Below, one piece after another: positions 1 through 12,504 of a DNA stretch of 64,000 bases. The stretch covers positions 20,770,001 through 20,834,000 of the forward strand of contig NC_043017.1 of NCBI RefSeq assembly GCF_006345805.1. Direction: 5' to 3'. Origin of the DNA: Octopus sinensis. Its lineage: Eukaryota. The first letter of the stretch is position 1. Every line of letters begins with the position of its first letter. The translations under genes were made by a program, and so were the position numbers. Below the pieces are notes generated by a model. That model saw nothing but the letters and a program-made list of their open reading frames with translations, searched no databases and was not told where the DNA came from.

Positions 1-182
1 GTCTTTCTCTAAAACGAACATGATGTGTTTCTTAATAATAAAGAGGAGAACTAAAGCTGTTATTGTGGTATGATGGTTTAAAAGGATATTTTTACTATTA
101 AAGAATATATATATGTAAATATATATGCATATATAATATATATATAAAATGTGTGTAGTGGCTAACAATCTATCATGGCATC

Positions 183-185
<3 letters not shown>

Positions 186-217
<32 letters not shown>

Positions 218-462
218 TATACTATATATATATATATATATACATATATATATTATATATATAGATATATATATATATATATATAGTAAATATATATATG
301 TATATATATATGATATATATTATATATATATGTAAATATATATGTATATATATATATATATATATAGTAAATATATATGTATATATAATATATATATATA
401 TATAATATAGATATGTTAAATATATATATATAGATATTATATATATATATATATATATATAT
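186..462. repeat. (TA)n-rich microsatellite between the 40-bp inverted arms
   Basis: Direct reading of the sequence. Confidence 0.95.
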
Positions 463-526
463 GTAGATGCCATGATAGATTGTTAGCCACTACACACATT
501 TTTTTCTCTCCTTGTTTTCTGTGTCC

Positions 527-562
527 CTTTCTGCAGAAGAGCATAGGCTTGAAATGTAAAAG
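527..562 (+). ncRNA. Degenerate minimal type I hammerhead motif (P1 family), probably inactive
   Basis: cttt-CTGCAGA-a-gagc atag gctt-GAAAT-GTA-aaag: stem I cttt/aaag; differences from the best copy (16675-16710) are mostly CpG-type transitions. Confidence 0.5.
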
Positions 563-1252
563 ACTTTTTCTATTCCTGAGCGTTATACTAATACATCTGT
601 TTGTTTTGTACACCATCTGTCTTTGTCTTTTGTTTTTTTCATAAACTCTCCCTATATATTTCGTTTTTGGATTTGGTTTGCAAGATTCTTTATATGAGTT
701 CGTGTGTTGAAGCATTTTCTGTTGTGTTTGGGGAGAGTCATTCTCTTTTAGTGCCTTATTATTTAACACACTCACCGGTAAAATTTCCACTTGTTTCTTA
801 TTTTACCAGTGAGTGTGTTAAATAATAAGGCACTAAAAGAGAATGACTCTCCCCAGAAACAACAGAATCTCCCTATATATATATATATATATATATGAAG
901 ACGCCTGTTGTTATGTCCTGTTATTATTATTGTTTATTTGTATTATTTTTGTATTTATATTCGTGTAACATCGTCCGTTTTTCCATCCTTGTTTCTTATA
1001 CATTCGATGCTTTTTTCCAAGGAATCTAATGCTCTTAGCTTAGTTTTTCCTTAGGGCTGGCCAGATTGGAGCAATCTCAAGATTAATCAGCTGAAATCAC
1101 GAGGATGATCCAGTTCTTGACTGAAAATTAAAAGCTTCGAATGACCCGTCCATGTTTTTTGTATTGTCTATCTGGATGTTTTGTCTTTTCATATCATCTA
1201 GTTGTCCGGATGTTTTGTGTTCTTGATGCATTTTGTATTTATATATATATAA

Positions 1253-1286
<34 letters not shown>

Positions 1287-1480
1287 CATGCAACAATATT
1301 TGAGATAAGTTCAATTCTAAGAAGTCACTCTGGTTATTATTATTATCATCATCATTATTATTTTTACTACTAATGTATACATATATAAATCTTATATGTA
1401 CATATATATGTGTGTCTGTGTGTATAAATCTAATATATATATTAATCAAAATAGTTTGCTCTGGCTGTGTGTAACAAAAT

Positions 1481-1579
1481 TCCACTGGCTTCCAACAGAA
1501 ACTCAGCTCATTCAGGATTAGATAACTGGTTCAATTCTCTAATCCCGAATGAGTTAGGTTTCTGTTAGAGGCCTGTGAA
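1481..1579. other. Imperfect hairpin, 34-bp core arms with 15-nt loop
   Basis: 1489-1522 versus reverse complement of 1538-1571: 28/34 identical, all differences transitions; weak pairing extends to 1481/1579. Confidence 0.75.
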
Positions 1580-2039
1580 ACTTCAAGTCACATGGAACCG
1601 GATTATGGGACTTAATGTTTCAATCCTTATTATTTACAGTTGCAAAGAATAAAGTATGTAACTCCCATTAAATGTTCTGAGTGCTTTTTTCTTTCATTTG
1701 CCATTCACCATTTATATATATATATATATACACATACATATTATATATATTATATATTATATTGTATATTATATATATATATATACATATAGTAACATAT
1801 ATATCTAGTATATATATATACATAATATATATGTGTATAAATTATTATATAATATATATATATATATATATACTATAGTATATCTATATACTATATATAC
1901 ATACATATATATATATACTGCATAACTAAATATATATATATATATATATAAATATACAGATATATATATATTATAATATATATAATATACACATATATAT
2001 CTATATATATAATATATATATATATATAAAAATACATAT

Positions 2040-2074
<35 letters not shown>

Positions 2075-2616
2075 CATATATGTATTTCAATCTAATAAAT
2101 GTATAATATGTATATGCGCATGAGTGTATTATGCATATTTTCTTATTTAAATCTAATATATAAATGTATATTTAATTCGGTTACTCACATGCATATATAT
2201 GAATCTTTACGATAGAATTTCAAATAATCAATGTCTTTTCTACACTTATTTATATCCAGCAACCACAGAGGAGTGTATATGCACATCCCTACATCAATCA
2301 TTTCTCAGGCTGAAATTATTATTAGTTGTAGAGCATTGCACAAAGATATCGCACGCATAAAGAAAGATACATACGATAAATATATAGTTTATTGCACACT
2401 TTTAAATTCTCATAACCCGGACCTTGGCAATTTGAAAGCAGAGCCACAACATATGTAAACAAGAATTTATTGCTTTTAAAACTGCACACTTATTGCTTTC
2501 AAAACAGTGTTTCATTCATCTCATTCGCTACTGAATGAGAGTGTGAAGGAGGAAATGTTTCCAAACCAAACAATGGGAAATTCTTTTAAAATATTCATTA
2601 AAAATTCAAATATATA

Positions 2617-2810
2617 GGCGCAGGCATGTCTGTGTGGTAAGCAGCTTGATTTCCAGCCACATGGTTCTGGGTTCAGTCCCACTGTATGACACCTTTGGAA
2701 AATGGTTTTTCGCAATGGCCTTGGGCTGACCAAAGCCTTGTAAGTGGACTTGGTAGCTGGAAAATGGAAGAAGTCTGTCGTATATATGTTTGTGTATCTG
2801 TACATATGAG

Positions 2811-2812
<2 letters not shown>
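2617..2812 (+). mobile_element. tRNA-derived SINE family A, 5' half
   Basis: ggcgcaggcatg..tgtgtggtaag head, B-box-like gggttcagtccc; matches full copies at 17398, 26817 and 52898. Confidence 0.85.
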
Positions 2813-2841
<29 letters not shown>

Positions 2842-2848
2842 TACATTT

Positions 2849-2934
2849 TAACACATAAGGAATCCACTCTTGGAATTCAACACATTAGAAAGAACAGCTA
2901 GGTTCCATAACCACAGTGGATTCCTTATGTGTTA
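2849..2934. mobile_element. 86-bp MITE-like element with 20-bp perfect terminal inverted repeats
   Basis: taacacataaggaatccact (2849-2868) and agtggattccttatgtgtta (2915-2934); TA at both ends. Confidence 0.6.
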
Positions 2935-3040
2935 TATATTTAATGACTAATTCATAGTCTCTGGGGACTAAATTTTTACAAGGTAGGCCAGTGGAGGTGA
3001 AAATTTTAATTAATTTTCCATTTCCCTTTGATGTGTTTAA

Positions 3041-3105
<65 letters not shown>

Positions 3106-3107
<2 letters not shown>

Positions 3108-3245
3108 AGGTGCAATGGCCCAGTGGTTAGGGCAGCGAACTAGCGGTCATAGGATCATGGTTTCGATTCCCAGAACGGGCAGGGGGTGGTGGCGATCCCT
3201 GCTGTACTCTTTCGCTGCAACTTTCTCTCACTCTTTCTTCTGTTG
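3106..3245 (+). mobile_element. tRNA-headed SINE fragment
   Basis: A box tggcccagtgg and B-box-like gtttcgattcc, followed by non-tRNA sequence. Confidence 0.7.
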
Positions 3246-3382
3246 GCCTGCTCGCTTAGCCAGCAGGGTGGATTTGGTAGATGGAAACTGAAAAAAACCT
3301 GCTGTATGTGTATGTGTATGGGGAAGCAAGCTTTTTGCCACACACAGCCATGCATATATATATATATATATATAATAAAATA

Positions 3383-3600
3383 AATGCACCCTTTTAAAGC
3401 CTAGCCAGGCTCATGGGCCCAGTTTCCCGGTTTCTATGGCGTATGTGTTCCCCAGCTGGATGGGACGCCAGTCCATCACAACGTTACTCATTTTTGCCAG
3501 CTGAGTGAACTGGAGCAACATGAAATGAAGTGTTTTGCTCAAGAATCGAAACCACAATCTTATGATCATGATGCTAACACCCTAACCACTAAGCCACACG
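3383..3600 (-). mobile_element. CORE-type tRNA SINE (family C variant)
   Basis: Reverse complement contains cttgagcaaaacacttcatttcatgttgctccagttcactcagctggcaaaaatgagt, matching the CORE-like block at 15657-15715. Confidence 0.7.
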
Positions 3601-3975
3601 CATCCACATATATATTGTCATCCCACTTTTCTTTAATGCCCCTCCAATGGATCCTTCCATCACTCCCAAGGGGGCATCGCTTAGTAAGAGTACTCAGCTA
3701 ATGATCATAAGGTCCCGAGTTTGATTGTTGGATGCGCACTGTGTCCTTGAGCAAGACTCTTTATTTCACATTACTCCAGTTTACTAAGCTGGCAAAAATG
3801 AGTTGTGCTTGTGTGTGTATGTGTACACACGCATGTGTGTGTGTGTGTATGTATGTTTGTGTCTGTGTTTGTCCCACCACGACCACCACTTGACAACTAG
3901 TGTTGGTATGTTTGTTCTGAAACTTAGCGGTTCAAGAAAAACAAACAACATAAAAAAAAAAACAATTGAATAACT

Positions 3976-4109
3976 ATTTCATTTTTGGATTTGATTTGCA
4001 AGATTCTTTATGTGAGTTCGTGTGTTGAAGCATATTCTGCTGTGTCTGGGGAGAGTCATTCTCTTTTAGTGCCTTATTATTTAACACACTCACCGGTAAA
4101 ATTTCCACG
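3976..4109 (+). mobile_element. Second copy of the P1-associated segment seen at 661-790
   Basis: Near-identical ...ggggagagtcattctcttttagtgccttattatttaacacactcaccggtaaaatttccac. Confidence 0.85.
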
Positions 4110-4679
4110 TTACCAGACTTGAAAAAAGAGAAGAAAAATAAACACTGGGGTCGATTTGTTTGACCGAAATTCTTCAAAGCGGTGCCCCAGCATGGCCACA
4201 ATTCAATGACTGGATAGAAGAAACAGCAAAAAACATGAAACACTTAAACACTTTGAATGCAATAAAAACGGTCTTCCATAGTTTAACATCACTTCAGGCA
4301 ATTCCAAAGCCATTTTCTATGGATGTGTCTCTATCCTGCTTACGTCTGAGGATGTATCTATGTGCGACTTATTTGTCATACAAGTGGTTCACTACGAAGA
4401 ATGTAATAGTTTTAGAGAATGAGGAAATTGGAAGAGTGCATGAGGAGAGAAAGAAAGATGAATAAGGAAAGAGAAAGAGAGAGAGAGAGAGTGAAATTCC
4501 ATTAGATCAAAAGTTGTTACAGAAATTTAATAGAGTTTTTTATTTTTTTCATTTTCTCATTTTTTTCTTTTTCAAATTTTGCTTTTTTTTTTGGTTTTAT
4601 GGTTTCGGGAAATTATTGTAAGCAAATTCTCTTTAAATAAATAATAAGGATAGGATGTATGAAATGCACTTGAGATTAC

Positions 4680-4716
<37 letters not shown>

Positions 4717-6382
4717 GTTTAATCTGGAGAAGAACAAACGGTAAATGAAAAAAACAGCGATTAATGTATGTAGTAGTAAGTAAAGAAATGATGATGATGA
4801 TGTTGACGATGATGAAGATAATAATAATAATAATAATAATAGTCTTTTTCTAATACTAATAATCATAACAAAAAAAAAATTAAGAGAAAAGAAATAAAAG
4901 TACATTCGTCACCTTGAAAAATATTTCAGAGCAAATCAAGTGTGTACTTTTTGTGTAACGCATTAAATGCGAACAAAAGAGGACATATGTTGGTGTGTGT
5001 GTGTATATATATATATGTGTGTATGTATGTATGTATGTATGTATGTATGCATGCATGCAAATATATATATATGTAAGTATGCATGTATATGTATGTATGT
5101 ATGTATATATATATATATACATATGTGTGTGTGTGTGTATGAATGTATGTATATATGTAATTACATATGTGTATATTTTATGCATATGGAAGTATGAATG
5201 AGTGTATTGAAAAAATATATGCACGTGTACGTGTGTGTATATATATATATATATATATAAGTTATATTTATATACATATATATTTATGTGTATATATATA
5301 TATATACTTATATATGTTACATATACATACATGTTACATATATATACATATATATTTATATGTATATACACACATACATGCAGACATGTATGTATGAATA
5401 TATATTGAAAAATAACATATATCCAACGAATTAATATTAAAAAAATTTAACAAAAAATGAAAATTTGAAATTTATGGCAATCACGAAATATTCCAAACAA
5501 ATCAGAATGTAATAATAATAGATTTTTGTATTCTTTCATTCTCGTTTCTCTTAAAGAAGGTGCGGAAAGAGCAAAAAGAGCGTTTCATATGTTTGAATGA
5601 TGTGAAAGAATGAAGGAAGGAGTGACAGAATACAGGAGAAAGAGAGAGAAAGAAGGAGAGAGTGATAGAATGTGTAAGAAAGAGAGAGATGCTGTTGGAC
5701 GAGACAAACTGTTGGCAGTTGTCATCATCATCATCATCATCATGATTGCTTTTTTTTTTTTTGTCAATCGAAATACAATGAATGAATGAAGATCAATGAA
5801 AAAATTATTGAATGCGAAGAAGAATAATTCAAAAGATGCGTTTGTTTAAAGAGATGAGAAGACGATACATACGACAACTACGAGATGCAGATGAAAGGTT
5901 AGGATGGAATAATTGCTAATTATTGTCCGTAAATTTCCTCCCATTAAAGATTTTTGTTGCGGTTATTAGGGTGGGGGGGGCGAGGGTGGAGGTACGCACG
6001 TATGTGTGTATGTATGTGGAGGTGCACGAGTGGGAGGACGTCAAAGACAAAGCTTCAAGATTAGACAAAGTAAAGACAGAGTGGGAAGGTCCAGGGTAGA
6101 GGGGATGAAAATGGAGGGAGGAGAGGGTGGTTGTGAAAGAGAAAGATGGAGAGAGGGAGTAGAGAGAGAGAGAGAGAGAGAGGGAGAAAGGGGGGATTGG
6201 ATGGCAGGATGCTTATAAGGAATGGCGGTTGGGGAGAACAATAAAATTTCTTATTGATCATTTATCTGTATTTTACGTAGCTTCATTGTTCTGTCCAGAA
6301 AATGCTTTCAGTGATCAACCGATATTATTTATTGAACAATTGAAGCCAACATGACTTAACAGCAAAATTTGAAGTATATATA

Positions 6383-6429
<47 letters not shown>

Positions 6430-7068
6430 GTATGTGTAACTACACATACACAAACACACATCTATGTACATATATACATCTATGGGCATGTGTATCTATA
6501 CCTACAAATGCATACATATGTACCCATGTACAAATACTCATAAACACATATATGCACATATATATGCATATAGTCATATGTGCACACACACATGTACACA
6601 TATATTTACATAATACACACATACATGTATGCACATGCATATATACATCTGTGAGCATATATGCACATACACATATTCCCATACACATACACCTGTGCAT
6701 GTACATACATGCATCTACACACACATACATGCAGATATATGCATGTACAGACATGAACATATACGCATGTACACACATACACATACATGCATTTATATGC
6801 ACACACACACACACCTGCATACACATTCATATACAGAACTGTATGTCAGTAAACATGCACATAAACATGCTTGGAAACACATGCTTACATATGAATTCAT
6901 TTGCTAAAAACAGCAGTCAAATCTCCCTCTAACCATACTCCACCAGGAAGGAAAATGAAAGGAGTCACTGAAATAATTTTCTCTAACTTATAACTGAGAA
7001 AAAAAATTAAACCAGATGGTCGTAGTTGGATTGTCTTCAGTCATGGTTTTTCTCAACTAAGCAGGTAT

Positions 7069-7279
7069 GGTGCAGGCATGGCTGTGTGGTAAGAAGCTTG
7101 ATTTTTCAACCTTGTGGATTTGGGTTCAGTCTCACTGCACGGCACCTTGGGCAAATGTCTTCTACTCTCGCACCAAGCTGACCAAAGCTTCCTGAGTGTG
7201 TAACTCAATTTGTTAGATGGAAACTGAGTGGAAGCCTGTTATATATATATGTATGTATGTGTATGTGTGTGCATGTATT

Positions 7280-7323
<44 letters not shown>

Positions 7324-7612
7324 CTGTGTGTGTCTGTGTATATATGTATCTGTGGTGTGTGTATATATATATATGTGTGTGTGTGTGTGTGAGTGTGTGT
7401 GTGTGTAAATCTTTGTATACGTGTTTGTCTCTCCCACACTCGATAATTAGCCCTGGTTCGTTTACATCCCCATAACTTAGCAGTTCAGCAAAAGAGACTA
7501 ACAGAATAAGTACCAGGCTTCAGCTAAGTGCCGGAGGTGATTTGTTCAGCTAAACTCTTCAAGATGTTGCCCCAGCATTGCCACAGTCAAATGACTGAAA
7601 CAAGTAAAAGAT
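7069..7612 (+). mobile_element. SINE family A, diverged full-length copy
   Basis: Head ggtgcaggcatggctgtgtggtaag, internal TA/TG microsatellite, tail cagtcaaatgactgaaacaagtaaaaga. Confidence 0.85.
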
Positions 7613-9385
7613 GTAGACTAGCAGAGAACAACAACAACACAGAACTATTCAATGCAAAAAGGATATAGAGATATACACATACAACACACAGTGAAAATAA
7701 TATTTTTTGCTGCATGCATTTCCAGCCAGACCCATCCATTGACATAACATAGACACTTGACATTGTGTCACATTACTGTGTTACATCAGTGTGTCGCAGT
7801 AGAGCACCACAGCTCTGAGTCACATCCTTGCCTGCTGATTGAGCGAATCCATGTTTATGAGAGTATCGGTCTTTCCTCAAATATCAAAATTTGTAAACTG
7901 ATTCCACCCACATGACAGGAAGAACGATGGTTATAATATTGCAGATGCATCAATACCTGTGTGTGTGTGGTGGTGTGTGTGTGTGTGTGCGTGTGTATTT
8001 TGTTTATGTGGGTGTATGTGTGTATGCATGTGTGCAAGTGTTTGTGTGTGTATGTGTGTGTGTATGTGTGTGTGTGTATTGTGTGTGAGTGTGTGTGTGT
8101 GTTGTGAGGGTGTGTGTGTGTAAATCTTTGTATACGTGTTTGTCTCTCCCACACTCGATAATTAGCCCTGGTTCGTTTACATCCCCATAACTTAGCAGTT
8201 CAGCAAAAGAGACTAACAGAATAAGTACCAGGCTTCAGCTAAGTGCCGGAGGTGATTTGTTCAGCTAAACTCTTCAAGATGTTGCCCCAGCATTGCCACA
8301 GTCAAATGACTGAAACAAGTAAAAGATGTAGACTAGCAGAGAACAACAACAACAGCAGAACTATTCAATGCAAAAAGGATATAGAGATATACACATACAC
8401 AACACAGTGAAAATATATTTTGCTGCATGCATTTCCAGCCATGACCCATCCATTGACATAACATAGACACTTGACATGTGTCACATTACTGTGTTACATC
8501 AGTGGTCGCCAGTAGAGCACACAGCTCTGAGTCACATCCTTGCTGATTGAGAGGGAATCCATGTTTATATGAGAGTATCTGTCTTTCCTCAAATATCAAA
8601 ATTTGTAAACTGATTCCACCCACATGACAGGAAGAACGATGGTTATAATATTGCAGATGCATCAATACCTGTGTGTGGTGTGTGGGTGTGTGTGTGTGTG
8701 TGCGTGGTGTATTTGTTTTATGTGGGTGTATGGGTGTATGCATGTGTGCAAGTGTTTGTGTGTGTATGTGTGTGTGTATGTATGTGTGTGTGTGTATGTG
8801 TGTGAGTGTGTGTGTGTGTTGTGAGGGTGTGTGTGTGTAAATCTTTGTATACGTGTTTGTCTCTCCCACACTCGATAATTAGCCCTGGTTCGTTTACATC
8901 CCATAACTTAGCAGTTCAGCAAAAGAGACTAACAGAATAAGTACCAGGCTTCAGCTAAGTGCCGGAGGTGATTTGTTCAGCTAAACTCTTCAAGATGTTG
9001 CCCCAGCATTGCCACAGTCAAATGACTGAAACAAGTAAAAGATGTAGACTAGCAGAGAACAACAACAACAGCAGAACTATTCAATGCAAAAAGGATATAG
9101 AGATATACACATACACACACACAGTGAAAATATATTTTGCTGCATGCATTTCCAGCCATGACCCATCCATTGACATAACATAGACACTTGACATTGTGTC
9201 ACATTACTGTGTTACATCAGTGTGTCGCAGTAGAGCACCACAGCTCTGAGTCACATCCTTGCTGATTGAGAGGGAATCCATGTTTATATGAGAGTATCTG
9301 TCTTTCCTCAAATATCAAAATTTGTAAACTGATTCCACCCACATGACAGGAAGAACGATGGTTATAATATTGCAGATGCATCAAT

Positions 9386-9421
<36 letters not shown>

Positions 9422-9530
9422 GTATTTGTGTTTATGTGGGTGTATGTGTGTATGCATGTGTGCAAGTGTTTGTGTGTGTATGTGTGTGTGTATGTGTGTG
9501 TGTGTATGTGTGTGAGTGTGTGTGTGTGTT
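7406..9530 (+). repeat. Tandem triplication of a ~716-bp unit (SINE A 3' half + unique DNA + TG microsatellite)
   Basis: Unit starts taaatctttgtatacg at 7406, 8121 and 8838 (periods 715 and 717). Confidence 0.95.
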
Positions 9531-9693
9531 TGAAATGTACAGTCACCAAAATCCACAAACAGAAGTGAAGACAATCACGAATGAAATCAATGGATCATTT
9601 CAAGATAGCAGACGAGTGGGTATGTATGCCTTAGCATCTACGTGTGTGTGTGTGTGTGTGTGTATGTGTGTGTACATATACATACATACATAG

Positions 9694-10472
9694 TGCGTAT
9701 CTTCATTGGCTCTTCTGCCGTAAATACCAATATGAAGTAACAGAGAACTGGTATGAGCATGTACCAAGTAAAGTTATGCAGGAGGATGGAAAAGTAACAA
9801 TACACTGGGACTATGATTTTCAGGTGGATTATGTAATCAAATACCATCAGCCAGATATTATTGACATATTGAATAAGAGAGACAAATACTTATTTCTTTA
9901 CTACCCACAGGGGCTAAACACAGAGAAGACAAATAAGGACAGACGAATGGATTAAGTCAATTATATCGACACCAGTGCATAACTGGTACTTATTTAATCG
10001 ACTCCGAAAGGACGAAAGGTAAAGTCGACCTCGGCAGAATTTGAACTCAGAACATAACTGCAGATGAAATACCGCTAAGCATTTCGTCCAGCGTGCTAAC
10101 GACTCTGCCAGCTCGCCAGACAGACAAATACTGTCAGATCATTGATGTAGCCATACCAAATGACATGAATGTTGTGAGTGAAGAGGCTGAAAAACTCACC
10201 AAGTACTCCGAATTGAAAGCGGAAATGGCAGGACTGTATGGTATGTGGGAGGGTAATGTAAAAGTGATACCAGTGGTGCTCAGAGCATTGGGTTCAATCC
10301 CATTGAAACTTTAAGATTTCTTAAAGGTAACTGGAAATCCAGTGCAGAAAGCAGCCTTATTGGGCACAGCGCACATCTTAAGGAAAGAATTATCTGTCTG
10401 AGGTCCTGTTGTGACATGACAGACGACTAAAGACTGGTACCTACACTGTGTTACGAAGGAATAATAATAATG
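9694..10472 (+). mobile_element. R4/Dong-clade non-LTR retrotransposon 3' relic (restriction-like endonuclease domain), interrupted by a SINE
   Basis: Translation YLHWLFCRKY...WYEHVP...IHWDYDFQVD..YHQPDII..KRDKY|CQIIDVAIPND...EAEKLTKY...KVIPVVLRALG...VQKAALLGTAHILRKEL; (AAT)n tail at 10460. Confidence 0.85.
9891..10117 (-). mobile_element. tRNA-derived SINE family B, full length, with 15-bp target-site duplication
   Basis: Reverse complement ggcgagctggcagagtcgttagcacg...gagttcaaattctgccgaggtcgactttacctttcgtcctttcgg; TSD agagagacaaatact (9876-9890) / agacagacaaatact (10118-10132). Confidence 0.9.
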
Positions 10473-10753
10473 ATACTGCCTACCATAGGCACAAGGCCCA
10501 AAATTTTAGGGGAGTGTGTAGTTGATTACATCAATATCATTGCTTGACTGGTATGTATTTTATTGACCTCAAAAGGATGAAGGGCAAATTCAACAGAATT
10601 TGAACCCAGAATATAAAGAGCCAGGAAGAATGCCATTAAATGTTTTACCTGGCATGCTAACAATTCTGCCGGCTCACTATCATCACCATCATCATCATCA
10701 TCATCATAATAAAGATAATCCTTTCTATTAAAGGTACAAGGCTTGAAATTTTG

Positions 10754-10927
10754 GGGCAAATGTCTTCTACTCTCGCACCAAGCTAACCAAAGCTTCCTGA
10801 GTGTGTAACTCAATTTGTTAGACAGAAACTGAGTGGAAGCCTGTTATATATATATGTATGTGTGTGCATGTACTTGTATATATATATATATATGTATGTA
10901 TCTGTGTGAGTGTTTGTGTATGTATGT

Positions 10928-10960
<33 letters not shown>
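10754..10960 (+). repeat. Displaced duplicate of ~7149-7378
   Basis: Shares private variants tactctcgcaccaagct and gagtgtgtaactcaatttgttaga absent from the other SINE A copies in the window. Confidence 0.85.
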
Positions 10961-10961
<1 letters not shown>

Positions 10962-11259
10962 CATAAGAGTAAATAATTTAAATAATTTCTATAATGGTTT
11001 TTAAAAAACCAACAATCATTTACAGGTAGAATTCAGTATGTAAATATAACCAATTAAGGTATTGACTGCTATCTCTAATTTTTCGGTATTACATTGACCC
11101 CAGTACTCAACTGGTACTTACTTTATCAGCACCAGAAGGATGAAAGGCAAAGTCAACCTCGGCGGAATTTGAACTGAGAATGTATTAACGGGTGAAATAC
11201 TGCTAAGCATTTCATCCAGCATGCTAAAGATTCTGTCAGCTCACCACCTTAATTATAAT

Positions 11260-11297
11260 AATGATGAAGATGATGATGATGATGATGTCATTTAATG

Positions 11298-11349
<52 letters not shown>

Positions 11350-11592
11350 CAATAATAATTCATGCTATATAATAACGATGATAATGATAATGATATAATA
11401 ATAATGGAGATGATAATAATAATGGTTGTAACAACAATAACAACAACATCACCAGCTGCAATACAGAGGCATGATGACACTTGTTTATCTGATATTATAT
11501 CTGATGCCCTATTGAAAACAGTTGTGTAATATTCCAGCAACAGGCTGGCATATGATGTTAATAATAATAATAACATAATAATAATAATAATA

Positions 11593-11640
<48 letters not shown>

Positions 11641-11682
11641 TGATGATGATGATGATGATGATGATGGTGATAATAATAATGC

Positions 11683-11723
<41 letters not shown>

Positions 11724-11771
11724 GCAATGATGATGATGATGGTGGTGATAATAATAATGATAATAATAATA

Positions 11772-11804
<33 letters not shown>

Positions 11805-11902
11805 TGATAATAGTGATAATGATGATGATAAAATAAAAGATGATGATGATGATGATGATAATAATAATAATAATGATAATAATAATAATGATGATGATGG
11901 TG

Positions 11903-11944
<42 letters not shown>

Positions 11945-12060
11945 TAATAATAATTATAATGATGGTGATAATGATAATAGTGATAATGATGATGATGATA
12001 ATAAAAATAGCAAGAAAAACATCAACAACAATAATAATAGTGATAATATAGATGTATGAT
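11260..12060. repeat. (AAT)n/(GAT)n trinucleotide repeat complex
   Basis: Direct reading of the sequence. Confidence 0.95.
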
Positions 12061-12504
12061 AACACTCATTTGTCTGATATTATCACCGATGCTGAAATGG
12101 AAGAAGATGAAGACAACCCTATCTCTAAATTCTTCCTGGAATTATCTTTGCATACCATAACAGCTCTTACCAATTTACCAAACTTATGGAAGAGTGACTG
12201 AAGATTACAGAAATTCTTTTATCTTTCAAAACTTAGCAGGCTGTTATTTTCGTAGATGTATTTTATTTTATTTCCTTCGATATGCATCCCCCCCAAAAGA
12301 TGCTGCCCCCCAAGAGAAAGAGCTCGCTTTATTCTTTGTTAACAAATCTCTTTGGAGACCGATTCCACCATAAGCCAGTTGTAGAATATGAAGATGTAGC
12401 AGAGTTCAGATATTAATGCAAACATATTACCGATAATATTGTCAGATCCCATCCATATTTCATGATTGTGCAATGAGTCTGGATATGTGTAGCACCAAAA
12501 ATGC

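Larger units (their letters stand above)
146..867 (+). mobile_element. Non-autonomous Penelope-like/HHR repeat (family P1) with inverted duplications at both ends
   Basis: Perfect 40-bp inverted repeat 146-185/463-502; P1 body ~463-655 shared with copies at 16579, 32828 and 55471; 68-bp inverted arms 717-784/800-867 (65/68 match); degenerate HHR motif at 527-562. Confidence 0.7.

Noticed and set aside
895-1240. Possible further degenerate hammerhead repeat (gactgaaaatt..cttcgaatgac)
   Set aside because: The core and stems are too degenerate to support from this single copy.
12060-12480. Short coding-looking stretches (..AEMEEDEDNPISKFFLEL..)
   Set aside because: No recognisable homology or convincing splice sites.
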